Shown: positions 25,179 through 34,401 of the stretch, one piece after another
Layout of the letters: each line of letters begins with the position of its first letter
Position numbering within the stretch: the stretch's first letter is position 1
Virus record (IMG/VR): IMGVR_UViG_3300037963_003337
Source: an uncultured virus (IMG/VR IMGVR_UViG_3300037963_003337)
Taxonomy: Duplodnaviria > Heunggongvirae > Uroviricota > Caudoviricetes
Length of the DNA stretch: 64,000 nucleotides
Strand: one strand, 5' to 3'
Notes under the pieces: model-generated
Databases searched by the model: none
What the model saw: the letters and a program-made list of their open reading frames with translations, nothing else
Told to the model about the DNA's origin: nothing
Made by a program: the position numbers and the translations under genes

Positions 25179-27737
25179 ATGGCAAGAGATCCAGCAACAT
25201 TAAGAAAGGCGTATGAAGTCAAACTTGGTAAGGACAGAGTTGATAAACTTACCAACGAACAGATTGGACTGCTTTCTAAACATTATAATTCCTTAAGTGA
25301 TAAAGAACAAAGTGACATTGATAGCCAAATTCTTAAAGGTTATCGAACAGAACTGCATGAGATTGCAGATGCATTTATTGAAGAGAATAAACCATCTAGT
25401 GATGCTGTCTCAATATACACGGCAGGTGAGAAGTTTGTAGATGATAAGAAAGAATTTGCTAAAGAGCAAGAGGAAAAACTTGAGAAAGCTTTAGAAGAGC
25501 AATCTGATAAAATTATGGATGCAATTGATGAATTGATTGCAGCAGATAGAAAAAAGTTTGAAGATTTTAAAAAGCAACAACAGCAGCAATCAAAGGGTAA
25601 GTCCCAATATGAGAAACCAGTTGGTCCTAATCCAATGCAGGGACCAAAGGAACCTCCTAAGAAAACTTTTTCTCCTGAAAAAGATGAAGATTGGGAAGGT
25701 GAAGTTCCAGATCAACTGGATAGTAAATTAGATGATCTCCTTGAGCAGGTAAGAAACGAACCACTTCCACAACCTACTAAAACAAAGAGAAGAAAATCAA
25801 AAGGTAAAAAAGTACTTCAAAGAAAGAGTGCTAGAGTAGATGCTAAAGAGTTAGGAGTTGGTGGATCTCTTACTGAAATCATGGCAAACGTCATGGATAC
25901 AAGAGAGGCATTATTTGATCTTTATAAGGTCACTAAAGCAAGATTTGAGTTTAAGAAAAAGATTGACAAGAAACTAACTGGATCTCTTACTGCAAAGTTA
26001 AGAGAGAGGCAGATTGAGAAAGGTGATAAATCAGATGATTCAAAGGGATTGAAAAATGTAGATGGGGATGATAAGAAGAAAAAGAAACCAAACGCATTCC
26101 AGAAAAGTTTAATTTCTGGTTTAGTTGGTGGTGCTGTTGCTTTAACTTTACCTTTAATTATTGAAGGTCTCCGACCCTTTATGGAAAGGGACAGAGAAAA
26201 TGAAGGTGATAACCAATGGTGGGACTTCTTAGATGTATTCCCAAATGAGGTTGAAGAAGATCTTGAGGAAGCAACACCAGTAATTGAGGCACCTGGTGTA
26301 GAATCACCTACTGTAGAAGAACCAACTGCTGGAACAGAAACTCCTACTCCTGTTGCTACATCGCCAGGAGTGTCAGCAGGCACTGCTGCACCAGCAGCAC
26401 CACCACAGGAAACTGCACCAGCAGTAACACCAATGCCAGTAAGGGATACTAATATCCCTGGTGACTCTGGTTATAGAAGACCTCAACCAATGCCTTTAAG
26501 AAAGGCAGCAACTGGTGGTAAATTTACTGAAGGTAAGCATAAACCTCTTACACCTATTTCTAGACCACCTGTAAATAACTCAGCAGTCAAGAAATTAACT
26601 AGACCTCTTGCTTCCGTAGTATCTTTACCACAGAAAGCAGCAGCGGCAGGTGTGTTATCATTTGCAAGTAGTTTAATTACTCCATTTGCAGCATTCTTAC
26701 CAGACGCTGGAAAGAACTTTATTCAAGACATTTATAAAAATGTTGCTACTAGTTCAGGTCTCTCTGGAATGAAACTTAATTTAAGTTCAGAAGAAAATCT
26801 GATTGAGAAACTTAAGAAAAAGATTGGTGATATTTTTAATTCATTGCTAGGCATCACACCTGCCAACGCTGGCGGCGGTGGTGGTTACGGCGGCGGTGGT
26901 GGCGGTGGTGACCGTCGTGGTAGTGGTACACCTTCTACTGTGGAGGGTTCAACTGGTGAACAGAATCTTGCTGCATTCTTATCAACTATGGAAGCATCTG
27001 GTAATCAAAACCAAGCAGATGCATTCCAAGTAATGCTTAATAGAGCTGCTAATGCACAAGCAGGTGGTTCTTTCAAAGCATATGGAACTACTTTAGGTGA
27101 TCAAATTACTGGTAGAGAACAATTCTCACCACTATCATCTGCAATTTATGGTGTCAGTGCTGATAGTGCTGCAGCAGCAAAGTATGGTCCTATTTCACAA
27201 TCACTAGGAGCAACTCCAGAAGAAAGAAAAAAAAGATTACTTGAGATTGCTTCTGAAAAAGATGGATTAAATCAATTACAAAAACTATTTGGTGGCGGTT
27301 CTGCATCAGATGCAGCAACAGTATTAGAAGATTTTAAATCTGGAGGAGATCTATCTAAACAAGCTGCTTCTGATATTGGATCTATGGTGTCATTTAGAGG
27401 ATATAGATCTGGTGCTGGAGATTTTCATAGAGGACAAGGTGGTAACTATTTCTTCGGTTCAGGATCCCATACGGGATCGTTGACAGATGTTTCACCAGAT
27501 CTTGAACCTGTAGTACCAAAATCAAGTCCACATTCAGTCCCAGAAGGTCACATGGGACCAATAATTGAAAAACCTGGTAGTCCTAAACCAGAACCACCAG
27601 ATGCATCACCTAGAAGGAGCATGATTCAACAGATGTTACCTTTTATGTTCCCACAAAAACCAGCAACACCAAAAGTACAACCACCAAAATCATCACAACC
27701 AGCAGGAATGAGAGCACCACAGCAACCAGGGAGTTAA
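25179..27737 (+). CDS. Tail-associated protein with cell-wall-hydrolase-like domain
   Basis: Coiled coil, Pro-rich linkers, MEA...VMLNRA...QITGREQFSP (SleB/Hydrolase_2-like). Confidence 0.55.
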   Translation: MARDPATLRKAYEVKLGKDRVDKLTNEQIGLLSKHYNSLSDKEQSDIDSQILKGYRTELHEIADAFIEENKPSSDAVSIYTAGEKFVDDKKEFAKEQEEKLEKALEEQSDKIMDAIDELIAADRKKFEDFKKQQQQQSKGKSQYEKPVGPNPMQGPKEPPKKTFSPEKDEDWEGEVPDQLDSKLDDLLEQVRNEPLPQPTKTKRRKSKGKKVLQRKSARVDAKELGVGGSLTEIMANVMDTREALFDLYKVTKARFEFKKKIDKKLTGSLTAKLRERQIEKGDKSDDSKGLKNVDGDDKKKKKPNAFQKSLISGLVGGAVALTLPLIIEGLRPFMERDRENEGDNQWWDFLDVFPNEVEEDLEEATPVIEAPGVESPTVEEPTAGTETPTPVATSPGVSAGTAAPAAPPQETAPAVTPMPVRDTNIPGDSGYRRPQPMPLRKAATGGKFTEGKHKPLTPISRPPVNNSAVKKLTRPLASVVSLPQKAAAAGVLSFASSLITPFAAFLPDAGKNFIQDIYKNVATSSGLSGMKLNLSSEENLIEKLKKKIGDIFNSLLGITPANAGGGGGYGGGGGGGDRRGSGTPSTVEGSTGEQNLAAFLSTMEASGNQNQADAFQVMLNRAANAQAGGSFKAYGTTLGDQITGREQFSPLSSAIYGVSADSAAAAKYGPISQSLGATPEERKKRLLEIASEKDGLNQLQKLFGGGSASDAATVLEDFKSGGDLSKQAASDIGSMVSFRGYRSGAGDFHRGQGGNYFFGSGSHTGSLTDVSPDLEPVVPKSSPHSVPEGHMGPIIEKPGSPKPEPPDASPRRSMIQQMLPFMFPQKPATPKVQPPKSSQPAGMRAPQQPGS

Positions 27738-27740
27738 ATT

Positions 27741-29066
27741 ATGACATTACCATATCAGATTAGAAACTTTAAAATTGATAACATAGCAGTGATGTTCCTG
27801 AATGGAGATGCTGTCTCTATTGATAAGGGGCAGATTCTTCAATTGGAATATAGGGAGGGATTGTTTGATAAATTCCTAACTGTGACTCTTACATTGATGG
27901 ACACTACAAGTAGAATTTCTAATGCACTTGTAGGTATGGAGATGTTTGAGGTTACTTTTACTGATACTCAAAATGGAGTTAAGTATGAGTTCAATGCAAG
28001 TTCAGAAAATGGACCATTGTATGCATATAATATTCACAGTAAGCAGATTATTGACACTGGTAAATCAGTTACTATTGAATTGTGTAGAAAAGATGCTATT
28101 CTTTCAATGCAGAAAAGAGTGTGTAAAAAGTACACAAATACCACTGCAATGGAATTATTGCAGGATATTATTGTAACAGAACTCGGTAGTAAGAAACAAA
28201 TTTATAATCAAGGTGGTGATAGTATAAACAAAATCAATTTTGTTCCACCGAACTCAAGACCACTCGATGTATTGATCTGGGCAAGGAATAAATTTATTGG
28301 TCAGGATCAAAAGACAGTAAAAGGTAATGGTAAGTATACTAGTGCTGGATATTTGTTCTATGAAACTTATGATCAATACAATTATGTTTCAGTGGATCAT
28401 ATTAGCGGGCAGAAAGGTCATAAGTGTACATTCACCACTGGAACTGGTGATGGTAGCACACAAGATGCATTTAGGATAGACAATCCTGAGTTTGTCAATG
28501 CCATTGATATGGTTCAAAATTTTGACAAAGGATTTTACTCAGGTCAGATTGAGTTTTTCGATATTGCTGAATGCACTATGACTACTGAGAAATATACATT
28601 GAAGGACTTATATAGAACTTGGAATAAAATTGGCACTAGTGAATGGTTACCATCAATGAATAGTCCTGCTATGCAGGATGATCTAGAACCAGTTGAGGCA
28701 GAATCACCAGCAGTTCATAGTCCGTTTGCCACTAGAACTATGCTAGTTTCTTTCAATAAAGAATTGTTTGCTGGATCTTCAGAGGATGCTGACCAAGATG
28801 CTGAGATTTTCAGAGAAACTGTGTTGCAATCAGTATCTAGATTGGGTATCTTCATGAACCAGGTCTTGACAGTTACGTGTAATGTTGGTAATATGGACCT
28901 ACATGCAGCGGATCCTGTCTTCATAGAATTCTTTGATTCCGAAGGAAACATAGACACCCAACACTCAGGACGCTACATTATCGCTGACTTGACTCACCTA
29001 TATACAAAAGGCGAGGACAAGTTAAAAACCTACCTTACCCTAACCCGAGATTCGTTCGGACTGTAA
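27741..29066 (+). CDS. Baseplate hub protein (gp27-like)
   Basis: YLFYET, SGRYII..LTH...L.RDS; position before gp5. Confidence 0.7.
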   Translation: MTLPYQIRNFKIDNIAVMFLNGDAVSIDKGQILQLEYREGLFDKFLTVTLTLMDTTSRISNALVGMEMFEVTFTDTQNGVKYEFNASSENGPLYAYNIHSKQIIDTGKSVTIELCRKDAILSMQKRVCKKYTNTTAMELLQDIIVTELGSKKQIYNQGGDSINKINFVPPNSRPLDVLIWARNKFIGQDQKTVKGNGKYTSAGYLFYETYDQYNYVSVDHISGQKGHKCTFTTGTGDGSTQDAFRIDNPEFVNAIDMVQNFDKGFYSGQIEFFDIAECTMTTEKYTLKDLYRTWNKIGTSEWLPSMNSPAMQDDLEPVEAESPAVHSPFATRTMLVSFNKELFAGSSEDADQDAEIFRETVLQSVSRLGIFMNQVLTVTCNVGNMDLHAADPVFIEFFDSEGNIDTQHSGRYIIADLTHLYTKGEDKLKTYLTLTRDSFGL

Positions 29067-29068
29067 AA

Positions 29069-29296
29069 ATGGAAAACATCGAAGCACACATTAAAAAAGA
29101 CAAAGAGATCCTTGATAATCCAATGATCTCACCTAATCAACGTCGTCACATTGAGGGTGAACTGCATGATTTAGAGGAGTATGTAGAGCATCACAAACAA
29201 GAAATTGAGGCAGGAGATCACCATGATCCAACTGCATTGGAACTATATTGTGATCAAAATCCAGAAGCGGATGAATGTAGAATTTACGAGGATTGA
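29069..29296 (+). CDS. cp12: CP12 Calvin-cycle inhibitor
   Basis: C-terminal LELYCDQNPEADECRIYED. Confidence 0.95.
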   Translation: MENIEAHIKKDKEILDNPMISPNQRRHIEGELHDLEEYVEHHKQEIEAGDHHDPTALELYCDQNPEADECRIYED

Positions 29297-29302
29297 TAGT
29301 AT

Positions 29303-31540
29303 ATGTTAGGGGGAGCACCTACATTAGAATCCAACTATTGGTTTGGAGCACAAGGTAATCGTCTTTGGGTTGGTCAAGTTGAAGGAGACGGAAATGTCTT
29401 CATTGATGGAACCAAGGGAGAAGATCAGGACGGATCCTATCGTGTTAAAGTTCGTATTATGGGATATCATACCCGTAGTAGGAACAATCTGAAACCTCAG
29501 GACCTTCCATGGGCATCTGTGATGATGCCAACGACCGAAACGATTACTAGAGACCATGCAGGTGCTACTCATGGTCTTGAGGTTGGCATGTGGGTGCTTG
29601 GTACTTTTATGGATGGTGAGAGTGCTCAACAACCAGTGGTCATGGGATCATTGGGTATTGTTGATAAAAATCAACCTTATGAAGATAGATTAGAAGATAT
29701 TGGTGGTACTAACAACTTCCCAGCAGTAGAAAGGGCACTAAAAACTAGGGACCAGAATAAACCTCCAGAAGGTCATGGTGCCTCAAATCGTGGAACAAAA
29801 AGAGGAGATCCTAGTTCTGCTGATGAACGTCAAGCAGAAAATGAAAAAGTAGTCATTGCTGTTTCAAACGGAAAATGTGGACCAAGACCTGAAAATGAAA
29901 TCTCTAGAATTTTAGGGGATCTGTTTAAGTTTTTAAGTAGTCAGGATAGATTGGATGGTGGTGTACTGGTTGATAAGTTAACTGGTAACATTACTAGATC
30001 TGCTGATATTATTTCAGGATACTTTGGGAGATTAGCAAATTCTGTTAATGGACTTCTTGGTGATATTAAAGCTCTTGTAGTTGCTGAACTTAAGAAATTA
30101 TTTGAAACTACTTTACTTCCTATTATTACTGGACTTACTGCTACACCAACAGGTAGAGGGGTAGCAATCACTGCTGGAATGAAGTTTGCTGATGTTATAT
30201 TTGAGATTATCAAATGTATTTTCCAAACAGTATTAGAGAAAGTATACAACCTTATTCTTGATATTCTTACTACTCTTGTAGATGACATTCTCAATACAGC
30301 ATTTTGCCAAGTTAGCAACATTCTTAAGAGTATTGTTGGAGAAATTCAAGATGGAATTGGATCTGCCTTAAGTGCTCTTGGTGAAATTACTTCACTTATT
30401 GGTGGAATGGGTGGATTTAATGGTGGATTCCTTGCTAACATTGGTGAACTTATTAATATGTTCTGTGATGGAAAACTTGGTTGTATCTTAGGTATTGGTG
30501 ACTTTACTACTGGAATTGGTGATAGACCAGACAACGCAGTCGGTGCGTTCTTTAATAGATTAGAAACATTTGGCGGTCTACCTAATGAACTTAATACTGG
30601 TCTTTATGGTTCTGATTCTTTCTTATCTTCAATTGAAGGAACAGAGATTAGAGACAGTAGTGGTAACATTGTTAAGGGGTCACTGGATTGTAATAAAGCA
30701 ACCTCTTTTAACTTCCCCATGATCCCAGACCTGTTTTTTACAGGACTTCAAAATGAACTTAATCAGTTCAAATTAAAAGGTAGTTTGATTTCTTATGAAC
30801 CAGGATCTAGATCTGGTGGAGATGACCCATATCCAAAACCAAATTATGACGCCAGTAATCCAACTCCATATGCATTACCAGTAGTTAATAGTTTTGGATC
30901 AGTTATTGGTGGTGTTGTAACTAATCCTGGATTTGGATTAGAAAATCCACCAAATGTAACTGTATATCCTGCTCCTGGTTGGGGTAGTGGTGCAGAAATG
31001 ACAGCAACTTTAGATGATAAAGGTGGTGTCAAAGATCTTATCGTATTAAATCCTGGTGGTGGATATCCATACTTTGATGGATCTGTATCAAATTCAGAAT
31101 ATGTACCTACAGATGAAAATGGAGATCCAAATTATGATAAGATTCCTGGAATTTATCCTGGAAATGAGTATTGGATAGGTATTATCACTGAGAATAATCC
31201 ACCTGTGGTAACTAAAACTGGTGGTGGTTATGATGAGAGTTGTGCTCTTATTGTAGAACCAGGAGACAATGAAGTTAATGAGGTAGTTTTACCACAATTA
31301 AAACCAATTATTCAAGACGGATTCTTAGTTGGAATAGAAGTTGTCAGAGAGGGATTTGGATTTACTGATCTACCGAAAATCTACATGTCTTGTGGTAGTG
31401 GCGTTGGTTTAGGTTCTCAAAGAAGAGCAGTAATTAGACCTGTCTTGAAATTTATTCCAAGAAAAGATTCTAAAGATTACCTTAACAATTATGATGAATT
31501 TAGAACTATTATTGACTGTGTGGGTCATCCAGGAGATTAA
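29303..31540 (+). CDS. gp5: Baseplate spike gp5, N-terminal (OB-fold) part
   Basis: WVGQVE, RVKVRIMGYH, DLPWA, WVLG.FMDG...QQPVVMG. Confidence 0.88.
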   Translation: MLGGAPTLESNYWFGAQGNRLWVGQVEGDGNVFIDGTKGEDQDGSYRVKVRIMGYHTRSRNNLKPQDLPWASVMMPTTETITRDHAGATHGLEVGMWVLGTFMDGESAQQPVVMGSLGIVDKNQPYEDRLEDIGGTNNFPAVERALKTRDQNKPPEGHGASNRGTKRGDPSSADERQAENEKVVIAVSNGKCGPRPENEISRILGDLFKFLSSQDRLDGGVLVDKLTGNITRSADIISGYFGRLANSVNGLLGDIKALVVAELKKLFETTLLPIITGLTATPTGRGVAITAGMKFADVIFEIIKCIFQTVLEKVYNLILDILTTLVDDILNTAFCQVSNILKSIVGEIQDGIGSALSALGEITSLIGGMGGFNGGFLANIGELINMFCDGKLGCILGIGDFTTGIGDRPDNAVGAFFNRLETFGGLPNELNTGLYGSDSFLSSIEGTEIRDSSGNIVKGSLDCNKATSFNFPMIPDLFFTGLQNELNQFKLKGSLISYEPGSRSGGDDPYPKPNYDASNPTPYALPVVNSFGSVIGGVVTNPGFGLENPPNVTVYPAPGWGSGAEMTATLDDKGGVKDLIVLNPGGGYPYFDGSVSNSEYVPTDENGDPNYDKIPGIYPGNEYWIGIITENNPPVVTKTGGGYDESCALIVEPGDNEVNEVVLPQLKPIIQDGFLVGIEVVREGFGFTDLPKIYMSCGSGVGLGSQRRAVIRPVLKFIPRKDSKDYLNNYDEFRTIIDCVGHPGD

Positions 31541-31542
31541 TT

Positions 31543-32418
31543 ATGGCACATGATTTAGACACATCCAAACTGGATCCCAAAACAAAAGAAGCAACTAAAA
31601 AGATAAAGGATAATAATACTCAAGGAAAGAGTACCTATCCTCATAACAAACAAAAAACTACCACTATTGGTCACAAGTGGGAGATGAACGAAACTGAGGG
31701 TAATGAGTATATTAACCTCAGACATGGATTGACTGGAGCATACATTAAAATGTTTGCTAATGGTGATGTCCAAGTTCACTCACCAGTACGAGATGTTAAT
31801 GTCATTGCTGCAAGACATGTTAACGTCAAGGCAGGATCAAAGGTAGATGCTAAGCAAAAAGATCTTAGTGATCGACTTTGTATCAATGTTGTTGGCAATG
31901 CTCACCTTTTAGTAGAGGGTGATATGCATCAGCATGTTAAAGGTGACAAGTTTGAGACCGTTGATGGGACATATACCCTTAACGTTAAGAACAGATATAT
32001 TATAAACGCTAACGATCTTGGTGTAAAATGTCTAGGTACATACCAAGTAGAAGCAAACAAATGCACAAACAGTGGTCAAAATGTTGAAACTAATGTTATG
32101 GGTGGTGCAGTCACCTTTAACTATGCTGGTGGATTTGTCATTAATACATTGACACCAGGATCTACAATCAGTTTTAATGGTGCAGGTAACTTTGAGGTTA
32201 ATGTTGCTGCTGACATTATGTTTAATGCTGGTGGTAAAGAAATCCACAATATTGCTGGTGTCAGTCCAACGGGTGGCGTCAGTCCTGTAACACCTGCATT
32301 TGCCGTCACAACCGCTCTTGGTGGTATTAGTTTGAATGCATTGGTTGGTGTCGGTAATTTCTTCGCAGGTGGTCCATACCTCGATGTGGACTGCCTCACT
32401 GGGGTCTATCTCAACTAG
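31543..32418 (+). CDS. gp5-like C-terminal beta-helix spike protein
   Basis: YPHN...GHKWEMNET.G.E.I.LRH..G; V.G(N/D) repeats. Confidence 0.78.
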   Translation: MAHDLDTSKLDPKTKEATKKIKDNNTQGKSTYPHNKQKTTTIGHKWEMNETEGNEYINLRHGLTGAYIKMFANGDVQVHSPVRDVNVIAARHVNVKAGSKVDAKQKDLSDRLCINVVGNAHLLVEGDMHQHVKGDKFETVDGTYTLNVKNRYIINANDLGVKCLGTYQVEANKCTNSGQNVETNVMGGAVTFNYAGGFVINTLTPGSTISFNGAGNFEVNVAADIMFNAGGKEIHNIAGVSPTGGVSPVTPAFAVTTALGGISLNALVGVGNFFAGGPYLDVDCLTGVYLN

Positions 32419-32422
32419 GGGG

Positions 32423-32451
32423 TTGACAAAGACCAACGCCCGTGGTATACT
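32423..32451 (+). promoter_or_regulatory. Sigma70-type promoter
   Basis: TTGACA, 17 nt, TGG-TATACT. Confidence 0.8.
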
Positions 32452-32475
32452 TCATTTGTTCAACACACATACATC

Positions 32476-32655
32476 ATGTTTACTGACGAATACGTCGCTC
32501 TTGTGACTGTTAACATTCCTTCTAGGAAGTTCATTCTGACTTCTGAGAGGGGCAACCAAAAGGTTGTTGCATGTGAAACCCCAGATCAATTCCAAGCAGT
32601 TTTGGAAATTGTACGTGCTAATCATGAGCATCTAGAAATCTCTTATGATTTCTGA
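32476..32655 (+). CDS. Hypothetical protein (59 aa)
   Basis: MFTDEYV...CETPDQF..VL; directly after the promoter. Confidence 0.7.
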   Translation: MFTDEYVALVTVNIPSRKFILTSERGNQKVVACETPDQFQAVLEIVRANHEHLEISYDF

Positions 32656-32670
32656 TTTGGGTTCTTTTTA

Positions 32671-32754
32671 GGGAGCGTGACGGAATCGGTAGACGTATCG
32701 GACTTAAAATCCGCTGATGGCAACATCGTGGGGGTTCAAGTCCCCCCGCTCCTA
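32671..32754 (+). tRNA. tRNA-Leu (anticodon TAA)
   Basis: GGGAGCG/CGCTCCT acceptor stem, CGGA-CT TAA AA-TCCG anticodon arm, variable arm, GGTTCAAGTCC. Confidence 0.95.
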
Positions 32755-32766
32755 CTTAAAAAGGCA

Positions 32767-33030
32767 ATGTTTAAAGTTAGATGCGATTATCGGTACATTA
32801 ATTACATAGGAATTGTTCTTGTTTATTTTCTGAATGGAATGCCCTTCGTTTATGATGACATTACAGAAGCAGAGAAAGAAGATCCCTATGTAAAGGCAAT
32901 CGCAGAGCATGAGTATTCTCTCGATGTCGAACAGTTGACAAAAAACAGTGAATACCTTATGATGGAAGAACTTCATCCAATGTTATTTCCTGTCGAATTA
33001 GACGAAGTTTCTGTTTTACCACCTGTATGA
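32767..33030 (+). CDS. Hypothetical protein
   Basis: YFLNGMPF.YD...YLMMEELHP; ATG after the tRNA. Confidence 0.7.
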   Translation: MFKVRCDYRYINYIGIVLVYFLNGMPFVYDDITEAEKEDPYVKAIAEHEYSLDVEQLTKNSEYLMMEELHPMLFPVELDEVSVLPPV

Positions 33031-33710
33031 TAACAAACGTTTTTTCACCATTTTTCTTCACTACACAGTTAAAGGGACATTCAGAATATAAAAAAGATAT
33101 TATTCCTATTATTTTTGAAAAGTATTTTGAAAAGAATGGAACTAATACTGAGGGTGAGTGGGGATGTGATTGCTTTACCACGTTTTTTGATAGGGACTTT
33201 GCTGTTCATGAACCACTTAAGAATGAACTTCAATTAGTGGTTCGTAAGATGTTTGAAGAACTTGATATGAAACCTTATGCATATACCGTTGAACAAATGT
33301 GGTTTAATGCATATGGTGCAAAGCAATCTCAAGAAGTTCACTGTCATACTGGACCTTCATTTTCTGGAATTTATTATTTGTTATATGAGGAAGGAGTTCA
33401 TAAACCAACTACGTTTATGAATCCTATTAGGTGGGGAGAATCAAAACGACATAATCGATTTTGGACTCCAGAACTTTGGAATAGTCAAAGTTTGTACCAT
33501 CATTATCATGAACCAGAGGTTAAAGAAGGTGATGTGATTATGTTCCCCTCAGAAATGGATCATTATGTTCAACCTTTCTTTAATTCAAACACATTAAGAA
33601 TGACATGTTCATTCAATGTGTTTACATATAGTGAGGCAGAAGTTAAAATGCTTGCTGGACATACTGCAAGTGTTCCAGATGTAAAACCAGCATCTAAAGG
33701 ATTTGCATGA
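33027..33710 (+). CDS. 2OG-Fe(II) oxygenase-like protein
   Basis: WFN.Y, QEVHCH, FSGIYY, GDVIMFPS...H.V, R...SFN. Confidence 0.85.
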   Translation: MITNVFSPFFFTTQLKGHSEYKKDIIPIIFEKYFEKNGTNTEGEWGCDCFTTFFDRDFAVHEPLKNELQLVVRKMFEELDMKPYAYTVEQMWFNAYGAKQSQEVHCHTGPSFSGIYYLLYEEGVHKPTTFMNPIRWGESKRHNRFWTPELWNSQSLYHHYHEPEVKEGDVIMFPSEMDHYVQPFFNSNTLRMTCSFNVFTYSEAEVKMLAGHTASVPDVKPASKGFA

Positions 33711-33925
33711 GACCCTTATCTGAATATGAATTTGGTGGGAGACCTGTAACAGGCATACATCTTCTTCTACTCATAAGTGAGATGGAAGGTACTTACCAAC
33801 ATCTCAAATACATGGGGTTTGAAGAAGATATGAATGTGCTTGACAAAATGAAAAAAAGGTACTATAGTATGTACTTCAAAGTTTCTAAAGAAGAAAAGAA
33901 CCGCCAAACTAGCTCAGATGGATAG
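33707..33925 (+). CDS. Hypothetical protein overlapping the tRNA-Thr 5' end
   Basis: LISEMEG.YQHLKYMGF..DM; ATGA-coupled. Confidence 0.7.
   Translation: MRPLSEYEFGGRPVTGIHLLLLISEMEGTYQHLKYMGFEEDMNVLDKMKKRYYSMYFKVSKEEKNRQTSSDG
33840..33868 (+). promoter_or_regulatory. Intragenic sigma70-type promoter for the tRNA cluster
   Basis: TTGACA, 17 nt, TATAGT. Confidence 0.65.
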
Positions 33926-33976
33926 AGCAGGTCTTTTGTAAAGATCAGGTCGCAGGTTCAAGTCCTGTGTTTGGCT
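33903..33976 (+). tRNA. tRNA-Thr (anticodon TGT)
   Basis: GCCAAAC/GTTTGGC acceptor stem, TT TGT AA loop, GGTTCAAGTCC. Confidence 0.95.
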
Positions 33977-33978
33977 TA

Positions 33979-34095
33979 ACGGGTTGGCGACACCCGTGCT
34001 CACATCTCCGAGAGAACAAAGAATCGGAACAACAACCCATGTGAGAGAAAGGTGGGATCCCTTTCGGTGCTACCGCTGTGGGACGCTGCAGCGGT
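33979..34095 (+). ncRNA. Structured ncRNA between tRNAs (possibly manA RNA motif)
   Basis: Four hairpin domains with clear complementarity; non-coding; family call from context and memory only. Confidence 0.55.
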
Positions 34096-34104
34096 TATTT
34101 TCAA

Positions 34105-34177
34105 TCCTCTATAGCTCAGTTGGTAGAGCAGGTGACTGTTAATCACCCTGTCCCTGGTTCGAGTCCAGGTGGAGGAG
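34105..34177 (+). tRNA. tRNA-Asn (anticodon GTT)
   Basis: TCCTCTA/TGGAGGA acceptor stem, GGTGA-CT GTT AA-TCACC, GGTTCGAGTCC. Confidence 0.96.
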
Positions 34178-34197
34178 TTCTAAATAGTAAAAAAACT

Positions 34198-34365
34198 ATG
34201 TACAACGATCTAAACGAATTTGACAAAGCAGTATATGACTTTGGAAAAAAGGTTGAGATGATTTGTGCCATGGAATTTGCTGGTAAGTTAGATGCGGAGT
34301 GTGCTTACCAGAATATTAAATACGAGTTAAAAGTCCTGAAGAAGGTTCGTAAAGAATATAAATAA
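34198..34365 (+). CDS. Hypothetical protein (55 aa)
   Basis: ATG after CTAAATA; FG.KVE.ICAME..GK...AYQ.IK. Confidence 0.75.
   Translation: MYNDLNEFDKAVYDFGKKVEMICAMEFAGKLDAECAYQNIKYELKVLKKVRKEYK
34357..34364 (+). promoter_or_regulatory. T4-type late promoter
   Basis: TATAAATA 37 nt before the 1767-aa gene. Confidence 0.7.
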
Positions 34366-34401
34366 CTCAAGAATAGATCCGTGTCATATTAGGACAATTT
34401 A

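Noticed and set aside
26871..26910. GGC/GGT repeat tract
   Set aside because: Simply encodes a poly-Gly linker
32677..32766. 5' part of ORF 32677-33030
   Set aside because: Coincides with tRNA-Leu; no intron is present in this tRNA either
34078..34197. 5' part of ORF 34078-34365
   Set aside because: Coincides with the ncRNA end and tRNA-Asn
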